Positions 49,926 to 62,739 of a stretch of DNA of 64,000 nt are shown here, one piece after another; the first letter of the stretch is position 1; every line of letters begins with the position of its first letter. The position numbers and the translations under genes are program-made. The notes beneath the pieces were generated by a model, which was not told where the DNA came from, made no database searches, and was given only the letters and a program-made list of their open reading frames with translations. This DNA comes from Camelus ferus (taxonomy: Eukaryota), in contig NC_045696.1 of NCBI RefSeq assembly GCF_009834535.1, positions 10,232,001 to 10,296,000 of the forward strand, written 5' to 3'.

Positions 49926-51595
49926 GTGAATATCAGGGAACAGAAGGTTGGATTACAATGTGACAAGTGACCAGGACCACAACAGGAGTTTGTCCCATGC
50001 TGTGTTCTCCTTTTAAGGATGTAAAGCCATCAGTAACTTTGCAGGGGTTCTTAACATAACCATATTGCTTGTTGGATATGAGTGTCCAGATATCCAAATT
50101 ACTGCCATCCGTTTCCCTTCCTGCACAATGAAGATTTAAGTGGGCCTAGCCAGATTTCCAGAGTATCGCCCAGTGCTGCCTTTCTCTTCATCCTCCAAGA
50201 GCCAGGAAGATAATGAGAATGTATGAGAGTCGGAGGAACATTGGTATAAAGTACATCAATGCAATCAATTTCAGAGGTGTGATCTCTGAATGATCACAGA
50301 TTAACCCCCCAGTTGGCGGTGCACCCCATAGTCACTTGGATGGCAGAATTTAAAGTTTCAGAAGTATAACCTTCTCTTCCTTTTCTCTTTATAGGAGATG
50401 AGGCATCTAGTTAAATGATGTTAAATAAAACTATTTTAGAATGTTAAATAAGTCCCAGCGCCATTAAGCCCAACAGCAGACCTCTCTGATCCCTAGCAGG
50501 CTGTAGTTTGGCCTCCCTTAGGACCCCAGTCCTGTGTTTGATTCAAACACTGTATTTACTGTCTTGCCCAGACAATAAGTCCATTGCCCTGTTGATCCCA
50601 CACGTGGCAACTGGGCAGCTAGAAATTGATTACCTTTTGAAATAAATAGAGGATGGATAGAATCAAGATCTTCTGTGTTGGTGAAACTTCCCTAAGGTTG
50701 AGGTGAGAAGTATAAAAGTAATCTCTGACACTGCATTATTGGGTGTTAACGACACCAGCAGATATTTGGGTACCTATGACTGAATGCCTCTATATAATAA
50801 AAACATCTAGGGAAGACATATGATTAGTGCTAAAAGAGAAGTGAAAATGGAAAAGGACAAGCTGGGGATTTAAGATTTTTTTTTTAATTAAGAGGTTATC
50901 TTTGTATAAACTGTCCGTGTTGATCATTTCAGAATTTAGAAAATGCCATCTAATAATATTTTAGATGTAGAATATAAATAAGATCTCAAAAGTAATTGAA
51001 AAGAAAATGAAGCCAGGGATTTTCTTTTAGGCTGAGCCCAAAACCTAATTTAAATCAAATTTGTCTTAAAATTTTATAAATGTTGTATTAGCGAGAAGAT
51101 TAAGAATGTGTTTGGTATTGCAATGATCTTATTGGTTATTTTAAAAAGAAAGAAAGCAACTTTATTTAGTTGGCTATCAAAAGCAAAAAAATTCCTTTAA
51201 GTAAAAAAATGTGATCATATGCAGGATTTATTCATTGTTTTTTAATCTTTTTTTTTTTTTAACTTGTCAGGGAGAAAATAACTGTGTATTTTTGTCTCAA
51301 ACTTTTCAGGGCTTAGCATCTTTTTTTCCCCCTCACTCATTGAAATAATCATTCTTACATGAGATTTATGATAACACAAGGTTTTAGGACTACAGTTGTC
51401 ACCCTAGAATAGAACAGACTGTTCTTAGGAGAAAGGGTCTATTTACTATTATATTACATTAATTCCTTCCTGATAGGATTCTTGTGAAGGTTCATTTAAG
51501 TGAAATAAATATTTTATTTTTAAATTCTGGAAATTATAAACCACAATATAAAATATTATTATTGCTATTGACATGTCAAATGTGCTCTCTCACAG

Positions 51596-51827
51596 GATTT
51601 TCTGAGGCTCAAGCTTTAGGACTAGAGGTGTTCCAAGCAGGCACTGCCCTAAAAGATGGCAAAGTGGTGACTAATGGGGGTAGGGTCCTTACTGTAACAG
51701 CCATCCGGGAAAATCTTGTCTCAGCCCTTGAAGAAGCCAAGAAAGGACTAGCTGCTATAAAGTTTGAGGGAGCCATTTACAGGAAGGACATCGGCTGTCA
51801 TGCCATAGCTTTCCTTCAGCAGCCCAG
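51596..51827 (+). CDS. GART: GART exon 11 (end of GARS domain)
   Basis: GFSEAQALGLEVFQAGTALKDGKVVTNGGRVL...YRKDIGCHAIAFLQQP; donor AG|GTAAG; read-through gives TAA at 51829-51831. Confidence 0.93.
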
Positions 51828-52050
51828 GTAAGTTTCTGACCAAGTGATTATAGCACAGCTTCAGAACTGGCATAAATGGCTATGGAGTAAACTCCATTAA
51901 CCCTGTACTAGGGCATTCTATATTCTTAACTCTTTCTGAGACTGATCTGATTTTGATTTGCACTTAGCTTGAATCAAAACTTACTAGTTACAATAATATT
52001 CAAATGAAATTTAAAAAACTTCATGGCAGCTCCTCATGTTTGAAAAGTTC

Positions 52051-52138
52051 AATAAACTCACAGTGATGTTAGGGATTTTTTTCACATTGTATGCTTTAAA
52101 TATACGCAATCATCATTTGTCAATTATTCATCAATAAA
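52051..52138 (+). terminator. Candidate intronic polyA signals for monofunctional GARS mRNA
   Basis: AATAAA at 52051-52056 and 52133-52138, downstream of the in-frame TAA in the exon 11 donor. Confidence 0.55.
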
Positions 52139-53580
52139 GAGGGGGTAAAGATTTTTATCCCTTGAGTTATATATTTACATACTACTATTGCATTTATGTC
52201 TTAGTCCCTGGTTTTTGTCAAAGAATTCAAGATGAAAATATTGGCCATCTAACTTTGTAACTTAATTTAACTATAAATTTTGGCCATCTCATTTGGTCAC
52301 TGCATTTATATTTATTACTGAAGTGTGTTTTTTAACCCCTTATTGATTCATTTATTGTCATGTACAACTAACTATTCCTTTGTAAAATCAATGAACTATT
52401 ATTTGCAAATGTGGGTGTTTTGATATAAGGACGTGTCACAATTACTATTGTTCACAGAGTTCATCTATGAGAAATAAATTTGTTTTAGGACAAAATGCGA
52501 AATTTTTAGCAACTTAATTCAAGCTATACTGTTATTGATAGGCAAATTTTTTTAATTTAAATAATGGAATTTTTTTTTAGAAATGAGAATATCAAAATAC
52601 CATGCTAAAATTTTGTTTTTTATTTTAAAATGACCAGATTCTATTGAAATTATCTATTTCAAGGGACTTGAAATCTTAATACTAGTCTAAGTTCTTTAAA
52701 GATGAAGAAAATGACAGGCTACAGTGCCAGCTGCTACCAGAGAAAAAGCTGTTTTTAACCACTAGAACTTCGTTTCCTATCTGTGTGTGACCCTGGACTG
52801 CTAATTTTATTGGGGTTAACTGCCAAAGCTCTCAAGTCTATTCTTACTTTGGCACCTTGTTTCTAGTAAGACTTGACATATTTCTTCATGTATCACTACA
52901 TCCTACTGGGCCATGTCATTTTTGTAAGGCAAGACCACTCAGTTCGCAGTGCCATTTACAGACTTGATCTCTAAGTGTACTGCTTCAACTTGTTGGCCTT
53001 GTTCTAGGTGGAAATGATGCAGTGAATATCATTACCTGGTGTTGCTTTTTTCATATTTTTTTTTATCTTAGTTTTTACTGTCTTTAGCTATAAGGAAACT
53101 GATATAGTTCTCTATTGTAGTAAGAGCTCAGTTTCATTTTTGAGGGATTTCTTTTTCTTATAATCCTAATTTTCACTTTTTTGATTCAGTTTTGGCACTC
53201 CTTTCCTTCCCATACCAAAATCAAACAAAGAAAGGTTGTGGCGAAATATCAGTATATTTAGCTGCCTATGAGAAGTATTTCTGGAAGAAACAGTTAAGCT
53301 AGAGAAGTAGTTCCAAATAGTGATGATCATCCGGGGAGGTTGTTTAAACACATTTCAGTTCCTAGGACCTGCCCTAGACCAGTTAAATCAAAATCTATGG
53401 ATGGGGCCCAGCACATTAGGAGATACGAAAATCACTAGCGATATCTTCAGCTAAATAATTTTTTTATTGAAGTAGGGTTAACTTAAATAATATTTTAAGA
53501 TTAAAATAATTTTCCCCTGGCATTTGGGTGACGTCTTAGTTTATTTATTTTTTTATTTTTTTATTTTTTTAACTTTCTAG

Positions 53581-53675
53581 AGGCCTGACTTACAAGGAAT
53601 CTGGGGTAGACATTGCAGCTGGAAATATGCTGGTCAAGAAAATTAAGCCTTTAGCAAAAGCCACCTCCAGACCAG
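53581..53675 (+). CDS. GART: GART exon 12 (start of AIRS/PurM domain)
   Basis: [31 protein letters not shown]. Confidence 0.93.
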
Positions 53676-53966
53676 GTAAGTCAGATCCTGACCTTTGCTC
53701 GTTAGTTAACTATGACAAACATTGTGAACTGATTTAGGCTTTGTAGTTCACTGAGGAAAATGTTCCAGATTAATGCCGAGTTGCTGTCAGACTTGCCCAA
53801 TGTAAGCCAAGCTCCTAGTCTTCTGCTTTCTTGTCTCTAATATTAAGAAAAGCATTTTTTGTCCATGATTTTCAACTCAAAAGGATATGTCTGCCCCTTT
53901 AATATTTAACTGCCTTCTTAATCAGTTCTTGGCTATTGAAATGCAGCTAATAATTTTCTCCAACAG

Positions 53967-54076
53967 GCTGTGATGTTGATCTTGGAGGTTTTGCTGGTCT
54001 TTTTGATTTGAAAGCAGCCGGTTTTAATGATCCTCTTCTGGCCTGTGGAACAGACGGCGTTGGAACTAAACTGAAG
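53967..54076 (+). CDS. GART: GART exon 13
   Basis: [37 protein letters not shown]. Confidence 0.93.
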
Positions 54077-54454
54077 GTAATCAGACACTTATGTGAATAA
54101 AGGCCTTTTGTGAAAGATAAGGCTTTACTGTGTATCAAATATATATCTTTCCCCTCTTGACATAAATGTACCATAGAGACCATACCAAATAATCATGTAA
54201 TTGGCCAGAATATCTACATGTTTCTAGTAACACAGTATTGTTGAGGCTCTCTAGATAAAAGGGTAATTTGGGGGAATTAAAGAGAGTACTTTTGGACCAA
54301 GGAGCTTATCAGAATTTCGTGGGGTTTTTTTGTCTTTAGGTATTCAGAGCAGCTAGCCAAAAGTCAATAATACTTGTTAGCCTCCACTGAGAAATTACAA
54401 GATCCAGTTTGGAGCTTATTCTCTTACGTGGATGTTTACATTATTCTTCTACAG

Positions 54455-54653
54455 ATTGCGCAGCAGTGCCATAAACACGATACCATTGGTCAAGATTTGG
54501 TTGCAATGTGTGTAAATGATATTCTGGCACAAGGAGCAGAACCCCTCTTTTTTCTTGATTATTTTTCCTGTGGAAAACTTGACCTCAATACAACTGAAGC
54601 TGTTGTCACTGGAATTGCTGAAGCTTGTAAAAAAGCTGGATGTGCTCTCCTCG
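54455..54653 (+). CDS. GART: GART exon 14
   Basis: [42 protein letters not shown]...GCALL. Confidence 0.94.
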
Positions 54654-55593
54654 GTATGATAATCCATTGTAATCACATGTCCTTAATTGAATTTCAGCCC
54701 TATATATAAACATAATTGGTGCCAATATAGCTAACAAGAGAAACTATATACCACAAGATGAGCCAAATAAAATACAGATAATACTACCTAAGGAAAACTT
54801 AGACCTTGCTGCCCTCAAGGCCCCCTGTCAAGGGTTTGTCCCCTTGAGGGGACAGACCCCGACTCATATGCCGTCAGCCAGGCCTTACCTTTCTCTGTGA
54901 TCCTTGGCCACCATTTCCACTTCCATCTCTCTCAGTGCCAAACAGACAGAGTAGGGGTTGTTTCCTCCTGGCCCTGCAGCAAAGGCAGATCAGTTTCTGG
55001 CATTCTGTATCTTAAGCCTTATTTTCCCACAGAAATGACACAAGAATAAAATGTATCCAAGCTTTACAGAAATATTGCTTAAATATATAAGAGAATTTTG
55101 AACAAAATGAATTTGTAGGTTGACCAACGAACAAAACTTCCTCTTTTATGTTGCCATTTCTGTGGGCAAGACTTTCCCAAAAGCCAAAATTGCCTTTCAA
55201 CCATCTTTTAGAACAGTTTCTAATTTAGATCTGCCTGCCTAGACCTTGTCTTTACACAATTTGGTGGTAAAGTGAACTGTGGCATATTTTTTAGGCCAGA
55301 GCATTTGGAGTAGGCAGGCCTGATTAAATCACTTATCTAAGCCTGTACCATTATCGGAACATAGAATGATTGTAAAGATATATATGTGAAAGCACTTCTG
55401 AAACTAAACTGCTAGAGAAATGACATTAAATTCAACTGAGCATTCATGACGCAAAGGTAATGATGTTTGGAGGCTATACTTACCCTTTGTGGGAATTAAT
55501 GCTATTTCCCCTGAAATCGTACTTGGTTGAAAGTTCTGTTAGGCAGCTAATAGAGTACATTTCATCAGCTGTTTGCTGTTTTCTTTCTGCCAG

Positions 55594-55845
55594 GAGGTGA
55601 AACGGCAGAAATGCCTGACATGTACCCACCTGGAGAGTATGACCTAGCCGGTTTTGCCGTTGGTGCCATGGAGCGGGATCAGAAACTCCCTCACCTGGAA
55701 AGAATCACTGAAGGGGACGTTGTTATTGGAATAGCTTCCTCTGGTCTTCACAGCAATGGATTTAGCCTTGTGAGGAAAATTGTAGCGAAATCTTCCCTCC
55801 AGTACTCCTCTCCAGCACCCTCTGGCTGTGGTGACCAGACCTTAG
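55594..55845 (+). CDS. GART: GART exon 15
   Basis: [24 protein letters not shown]...[16 protein letters not shown]...DQTL. Confidence 0.94.
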
Positions 55846-56095
55846 GTAAACATACTCGTGTTTAAATTCTGCTGCTTGGAAATGTCTGAGCAACCACTGA
55901 GAGGGGTTAGTCTTTCATTACTTAAAGTTAGAATGGAACAAATTACTTATCCTGTCATTTGACTATTTGAACATCATTGTAGAACTGGTGGGTCGGAGCA
56001 GGGTCACGATCATTCTCTATTTCAGAATTGTTTTTTATATATGCTTTGCTTTTGTGGTCATAGACTTAAGTTTTTGTCTTATCTTTCTTACACAG

Positions 56096-56248
56096 GGGAC
56101 TTACTTCTAATTCCAACTAGAATCTACAGCCATTTGCTGCTACCTGTCCTACGTTCAGGACATGTTAAGGCTTTTGCCCATATTACTGGTGGAGGCTTGC
56201 TAGAAAACATCCCCAGAGTCCTCCCTCAGAAATTTGGGGTGGAGTTAG
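56096..56248 (+). CDS. GART: GART exon 16
   Basis: [51 protein letters not shown]. Confidence 0.94.
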
Positions 56249-58402
56249 GTAAGATCACTAAAAAGAACTTATGCTCAGAAAAACACTGGGAGAAAAAATA
56301 CATTATGGGAGGAAATTCCATGGGTAGTTAGTGCACACGCGATTATACCTGCAAAATTCTTAATCATTGGAGCTTCTGGGGGAAAAATAAGACCCTTTTC
56401 TACCTCTTTGCTTTATTAGCCTTGTTTATAAGGCATAAAATCTCGTGTAACTGACTTATATATAAGATGAAGCTGACTTATATAAGCAGATTCTCCAAGG
56501 GGTTTGGGAAGCTCAAGCTCTATCAAGATGGAACCAAGAACATGCTGGGAAGGGAAGTGGTAGTTACTAAGCAGTCCGTGCTGGGGATAAAGAGGACCTA
56601 GACCAAGGCACAGAGAAGGGAGACAGATTGGAGAATCACTCTGTGCTTTGAAGGAAAAAGAAGTCCCAATGTCTCTTGTTTAGTAGGTGAGTAATGATAA
56701 CGTCCATAACACAGGAGGAAGAGTAGTAGATTTTGGAATAGGAAGTGGGAATACAGCGTTTTAAGTCTCTGAAGTGTTTATTGTAATGTTTCTGTGAGCA
56801 GAAGTTAAGTTGGGTGCTCGTGCAGATCGTAATAGTTATTGTCAAGAGAGTGGAGGGGACCAAAAGGTTGTTCCTCAGTATTCCATCCACCTTGAAGGTT
56901 GGCAGAGGTAGAATTTCTTAAAAAGAACAGTCAGAAGCAGGGAGTAAACCATGTAAAAGTATCAACTCCAAGCCAGGATTTCAGCATGACACTGGTCAGC
57001 ATTGTCAGGTGCAGCTTAGAGGTCTAGAATGAGGACCCCCAAATAGGCCAGTATATTTCATCATTAGCTCAAAAAGCAGCTTGGTGAGGGTAGATACCAC
57101 CTCCCAGATTATGGCATGTGGAGGGCGACTAGGCAGAGATATAGAGACAATGACTGAAGGTTGTGTTTCAGGAAACTTACTGGTAAAAGGGAAGGAAGAA
57201 TGACAACTATGGTCATGGCAGAAGCGAGGGGTAGGGCTTTCCCTCCATATTTTTATAGAGTACAGAGACAAAGTCAGAGAAACCGTTCCAGCTTTCATAA
57301 TCGACTAATATGCACTTGGTTTCAGGTAGCAGGACCTGAAGAAGTTCACATGAAATAATGCCTTGTCCCAGTGAAGTAAGAAGGGCTAGTGAGGCTTGAG
57401 GATAGGAGTAATTAAGCGGTCTAGGTCAGAGACAAGAGAGAGACAGCAGGCGGCACAGAAGGTGAAGTTCACTGTGTAATTGTTCGTTCTCCCAAAATAA
57501 GAATGTGTGTAGCCCTGAAACAAGAACAGGAAAAAACTGAGTTGATCCAGCTATGGGGTGGAGCAGCTGTGGGTGCAGGTGAGTAGACAGATCTGCTGGG
57601 CTAACCACAGAGTCAGAATATGTGAAGCTGGGGAAGAGTCAGAAGAGTCGGAAATAGGTTGTGTAGAAGTGAGAAAACAGGCAGGGTGAGCTCGGACCTG
57701 GTCAGGGGGGATTCCAGCCTAGCCAGGGAAGCAAAAGGACCAAGCTGGGCGGGGCAGGGGTGAATGGGAGTCCCTTCATTAGCACAGTGTGGAGTTGAAG
57801 GATACATCGGAGGGTCATATAGTAGTTCTAAGACATTCCTGGGATAGTAATGCTTCCTTGTGAGCAAAAACAAAACCTTAAAGAAGGAATCATCATCCTT
57901 GTCAGTCATTAAAAACAATGGCCTGGTGATGAATGGGGAAAGGAGGCAGGGCTAATCTGTGCATCTGCCAGCTTCTGTGCTATAAATACTCCCATCCTAG
58001 CCGGTTTTTAAGTGGCTGTATTTAACGGCCTCTACACACTGGCTTTAGCATACCACTGGTTAAGGGTAACTCGAAGGTCACCACATCAGGAAATTGAGAG
58101 TTGATCTAGCCATATTCCTGAAAGCCATTAGGATATCTAGTCCATAAGGGGATTTCTAAGCATATCCTCAGTTAATGCAGCACAGACCTCACTCAGTTGT
58201 CAGTACTGGCCAAGTGTGACAACACAAGTGTTCTTAATGCCTCAGGTACAAATGGATCCCCCTAGAAAACCTCTGAAAGGCCAGTGTATAGTCTACTGCA
58301 TATAAATAGCAGTGCTGGTTATAATTTCCATCACTTGGTATATGTGCATACTTTTATACTTTGTGTCAATAGGTTAACTGAACAGCTCTTGCCTGTTTTC
58401 AG

Positions 58403-58609
58403 ACGCCCAGACCTGGAAGATCCCCAGGATCTTCTCATGGTTACAGCAGGAAGGACACCTCTCTGAAGAAGAGATGGCCAGAACATTTAACTGTGGGATC
58501 GGGGCTGCCCTCGTGGTATCTAAGGATCTGACAAAGCAGATTCTGCAGGATCTTCAGCAGCACGAGGAAGAGGCCTGGGTGATTGGCAGGGTGGTTGTAT
58601 GTCCTGAAG
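58403..58609 (+). CDS. GART: GART exon 17
   Basis: DAQTWKIPRIFSWLQQEGHLSEEEMARTFNCGIGAALVVSKD...AWVIGRVVVCPE. Confidence 0.93.
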
Positions 58610-58639
58610 GTAACTGCCCCTTATTCAGTTGCTCTTAGG

Positions 58640-59025
58640 TATATAATCTTAAATATAACCGACCCCACCCTGCAAGCTCTCTGCCCACCTTTCATCCCAG
58701 CCATTGCTATGGCAACTGTCTTTATACGGCTATAACATGCCAGCACTCCTGTCAGTAATAAACATGTCTCTTCATTTCGGCCTCAGGGCTCTGACACCTC
58801 TGGGTAGCAGTCACATGTGCACAACCACACCCTGAAGGACAACCTTTGACCAATGGGGTGAGAGCTAGTGAATAAATACCCACTTGAGGGACAGAAGAAG
58901 GGAGCAGCTCTGAGGCGCAGTCTGCATGGCTCTTTTGAGGGTCCCATTTTAGTCCCCTAGGATCATTTCCCAGAGTAAACTCCTCGTGTGCAAGACCTTG
59001 TCTCAGGCTCTGCTTTGTGGTTCAG
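58640..59025. mobile_element. LTR16/ERVL-like solo LTR remnant
   Basis: CCATTGCTATGGCAAC, ACAACCTTTGACCAATGG...GAATAAATACCC, CCTTGTCTCAGGCTCTGCTT motifs recalled for the LTR16 family. Confidence 0.5.
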
Positions 59026-59700
59026 CTCAATTCAAGGAAGAGTGAGCGAGCACTCTGACAAGTTCTGTGTATTACTCAGGACTCTGCTGGAAGTACTAGA
59101 AATTGGCATAGTGGCAGATAACCAACTGAGATTCACTAACAGAGATGTCAAGTCTTGTTAATTTTGTTTGTATTTGCCTTTCATTCTTTTTTGTGTGGGT
59201 TTCATTTTCAGGCAGGCTCCCCAAATACCGGAAACATGTCTTGAGCCCACATCCTTCAGCTTATGTTGCAAAAGAGAGGCCCTCTCTTTCTCAACATCCT
59301 ATATCCAATCTTTGAATGGCCTTGCTTGCGTCACATGCCTACCCTTGTGGCCAAGAGGTCGTAGCACTATTGTGGATGGAAGATTTGCAGGAAGGGGGAG
59401 ACAGAACACTGTCAGGCAATAATATATCCACTGTATGTTTAGATATAGTGCTGTAGCTTTCAGTTGGGTAATTATATATGTTCACCTTAGGGAGGTTTTT
59501 ATGCATGAGTAATGATCAGTAAAGCACACCTATTATTTTATGTTTTAATCCTTGCATATCTTATTTTCAGAATAAAATACAGTATTCTAAAGTTTTTATA
59601 AAATATTGTTCTTTCCAAAAAAAATATATTGTTCTTTCCATATTACTGTTATGGAATACAGTCGTTCTTTACTTATTTATTGGGTGTATTTAAAACAAAG

Positions 59701-59838
59701 GTTCTCCTCGTGTGAAAGTCAAGCATCTGATTGAAACCATGCAAATAAATGGATCAGTACTGGAGAATGGCACCCTGAAAAATCATTTCTCTGTTCAACC
59801 AAAAAAGGCAAGAGTTGCTGTCTTAATATCCGGAACAG
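59701..59838 (+). CDS. GART: GART exon 18 (linker and start of PurN domain)
   Basis: GSPRVKVKHLIETMQINGSVLENGTLKNHFSVQPKKARVAVLISGT. Confidence 0.92.
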
Positions 59839-60793
59839 GTGAGATGTGGCTTCCTTTTTACTACAGAGCTGTAGAAATGCTCCACCTTTTCTCCCTCCCC
59901 ACCCCCTCACCCCCAAAGAAACCCCTCCTTCAGACTGTGAGAACACTCAGCATAGTGGAGCTGGGTATCATTAAGGAGTGTTATCTTTTCTACATCCTCA
60001 GTCTTTCTACTTTTCTCAGGCATTTGAGACAGCTTCTAAAGGAAAGGTAGAGGGTGTCAGGAAGATGCTTGAAGAGAGAGAAACCAGAAAAGACAAAAAG
60101 AACAGAAATCTCAACTTCTTTTGAATCCTAGCTTTGTAGTTGAAAAGTCTTACAACAGTTGTGGCTTTTTTAAATTGTTAATAGTAATGAGAATATGACA
60201 GCTGTGTTTGACTCTTGTGAACAGAGGAGTAAAGTGATAAAAGCACTGTATTCTCTCAGACGGATGCAGCACGATTTTTCCCCAATATTGTAAGTAACAT
60301 TGCTATGAACATTCTTGTAAATATTCAGTAAGTCCATAAGTGCATAGCTAATTACTTTAGGATATATTTCCAAAAGTATAATTGCTTTACAAGACCATTT
60401 TAAGGTTTCAGTATACTTTAGACCCAAGATGATGGTAAAGCAGAGAAACTATTCTAAAGGGCCGTAGTGGTTTATTCTTGAGAGGGTTGAGTTTTCTTGC
60501 TTAATTAAGCAGCTTATTCTTCATCAGCCAGTTTTAAAATCATGTTACATTGTTTCTACTGCTATGCTAAATCATAAGATATTATTTCGCAGGAGCAATT
60601 ACATATCCTTGAACCAGGAATGCCTATGTTTTCATAAGATATTAATCCATTATTCCAAGAGGTAGGGAATTTAAAAGCCTTACATATTTTGCCAATCTTT
60701 TCTAAGACAGTCAAAAGCCTTGATCATTCCCTGTTCAAAATGGCACACACTTTAAAAAATGGGAGCTCACCTGTGTTTTTCTCACTTTTTCAG

Positions 60794-60924
60794 GATCGAA
60801 CCTTCAAGCTCTCATAGACAGTACTAGGGAGCCAAGGAGCTCTGCACACATTGTTGTTGTGATCTCCAACAAAGCTGCAGTGGCTGGCTTAGATAAAGCA
60901 GAAAAAGCCGGAATTCCCACCAGG
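60794..60924 (+). CDS. GART: GART exon 19
   Basis: GSNLQALIDSTREPRSSAHIVVVISNKAAVAGLDKAEKAGIPTR. Confidence 0.93.
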
Positions 60925-61170
60925 GTGAGTTCCTTTGAAACGTGTCTTTCCCGCAGGCTATATTTAAACTCTTAATCTACCCCTAGGTGTTCACTTTGGA
61001 TTCCTGGATTTGGGGTGGGTGTTGGGCTTGCCTTTCTATTTCATTCTGTCCATTCCTTAATTCTTGACATCTTCAGAAGGAGATGAAGTATGGCCTGTGT
61101 AAAGATTGAGTTTTAAATTATTTGGGGTTATTTGTTGGAAACAGATTGTTCTTATCTTTCTCTATCATAG

Positions 61171-61312
61171 GTAATTAATCATAAATTATATAAAAGTCGT
61201 GAAGCATTTGACACTGCAGTTGACCAAGTCCTTGAAGAGTTCTCCACAGACATAGTCTGTCTTGCAGGATTCATGAGAATTTTATCTGGCCCCTTTGTCA
61301 GAAAATGGAATG
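61171..61312 (+). CDS. GART: GART exon 20
   Basis: VINHKLYKSREAFDTAVDQVLEEFSTDIVCLAGFMRILSGPFVRKWN. Confidence 0.93.
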
Positions 61313-62335
61313 GTAAGCAAAAAATGTCTTACACCACATTGAGAAATTGACTGAAAATGGACTATGGGGAGGTTAAGTTGCCAGCCAATCCCAGTCATGA
61401 GATATTTACTGAGACAGTTTATTTTGAAACAGATCATAATTGAATTTCCTTTGCCTTAGCCCAAAGAATGACCCAATTGTGGTTTATTATCCTTTTTTCT
61501 TTATTGGTTTTCTTTGGTCTGCTGTAACTACATTTTCTAATATAGCTTAGGTTGGGTTCACAAATGTAGTATTTCATCTTCTGAATAAATATTGGGAAGA
61601 GACACTTATACTTGTTTAGAAGCAAGAGAAAGTGATTCCCTGGATCCCAAAATGAAGAGCTCTTCCTCTGCTGAGGAAGTGGGAGCCGTTGCCAGAAGAT
61701 GGCAAGAAAAGCTTGGTTGCCAGATGTCATAATACCTGGTGTTAATGCCTTTTCCACAGAGGCTTTGACTGCTTCCTGTTGTCCTTTTTTGTGCCCATAT
61801 TTGGTCAGTAAATGCATTTTCTCTCCAAAGAGTCTGTTTTCCTAAGTGAATACAGTTTGAGTAGAGCACTTGTGGTGTAACAGACAACAGGCAGTGCCTT
61901 TGGTGACATGAGGCTCACGCTGGCATGGTGGGCGTGCCACTTCGTGGTTAAAAGTCAGGCACATAGACACTATACAGGAACCTCCTGTCTCTGTCTTATA
62001 TTATGTGCCAGCGACAAGCTGAATTTTCTTCAAGGGCTCTAGGATCCAGATTATACCCTCTCCCATCCAACTCTGAGTCACTGCAGGTGCCTATTCAGAG
62101 TCCCTTGGTGTGTCTTCAGCCATGCAAGGCAGAAACCTGCTGCTCCCAGGACCTCCTTGCATGAGAACCTATATTTCCCTTTACCTCATTTCTGTCTTTA
62201 ACAAAGAAACATCCATCCCAGAGAAATCCTGTTCCTGTTGACTCCTGATTCTAGACAGGAAAGTGTATGTTCCTTTGACAGAATAGGTAAGATTTTAACA
62301 TTCTGACCACTATGCATGCTTTTATTAATTTCCAG

Positions 62336-62451
62336 GGAAAATGCTTAACATCCACCCATCCTTGCTTCCTTCGTTTAAGGGTTCAAATGCCCATGAACAA
62401 GTCCTGGACTCCGGAGTCACACTCACTGGGTGTACTGTGCACTTTGTAGCT
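62336..62451 (+). CDS. GART: GART exon 21
   Basis: GKMLNIHPSLLPSFKGSNAHEQVLDSGVTLTGCTVHFVA (NIHPSLLP catalytic motif). Confidence 0.94.
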
Positions 62452-62547
62452 GTGAGTATGTCTTTTTCTATCAAAGTATTACTAGTGTTTATGTGTAAAT
62501 TGTACTGGCCAGAGGTTAATGTTCAAAACTTTTGCTTTCTTTTCCAG

Positions 62548-62739
62548 GAAGATGTAGATGCTGGACAAATTATTTTACAAGAAGCTGTTCCAGTGAAGAG
62601 GGGAGACACTGTTGCAACTCTATCTGAAAGAGTAAAATTAGCAGAACATAAAATATTCCCCTCAGCCCTCCAGCTGGTGGCCGGTGGAACTGTGCAGCTT
62701 GGAGACAATGGCAAGATCTGTTGGGTCAAAGAGGAATGA
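62548..62739 (+). CDS. GART: GART last coding exon
   Basis: EDVDAGQIILQEAVPVKRGDTVATLSERVKLAEHKIFPSAL...ICWVKEE then TGA. Confidence 0.94.
   Translation, partial: EDVDAGQIILQEAVPVKRGDTVATLSERVKLAEHKIFPSALQLVAGGTVQLGDNGKICWVKEE

Noticed and set aside
59600..59642. Short direct duplications (ATATTGTTCTTTCCA twice; also CTGACTTATATA near 56451-56486)
   Set aside because: Ordinary slippage duplications in introns, not touching splice signals
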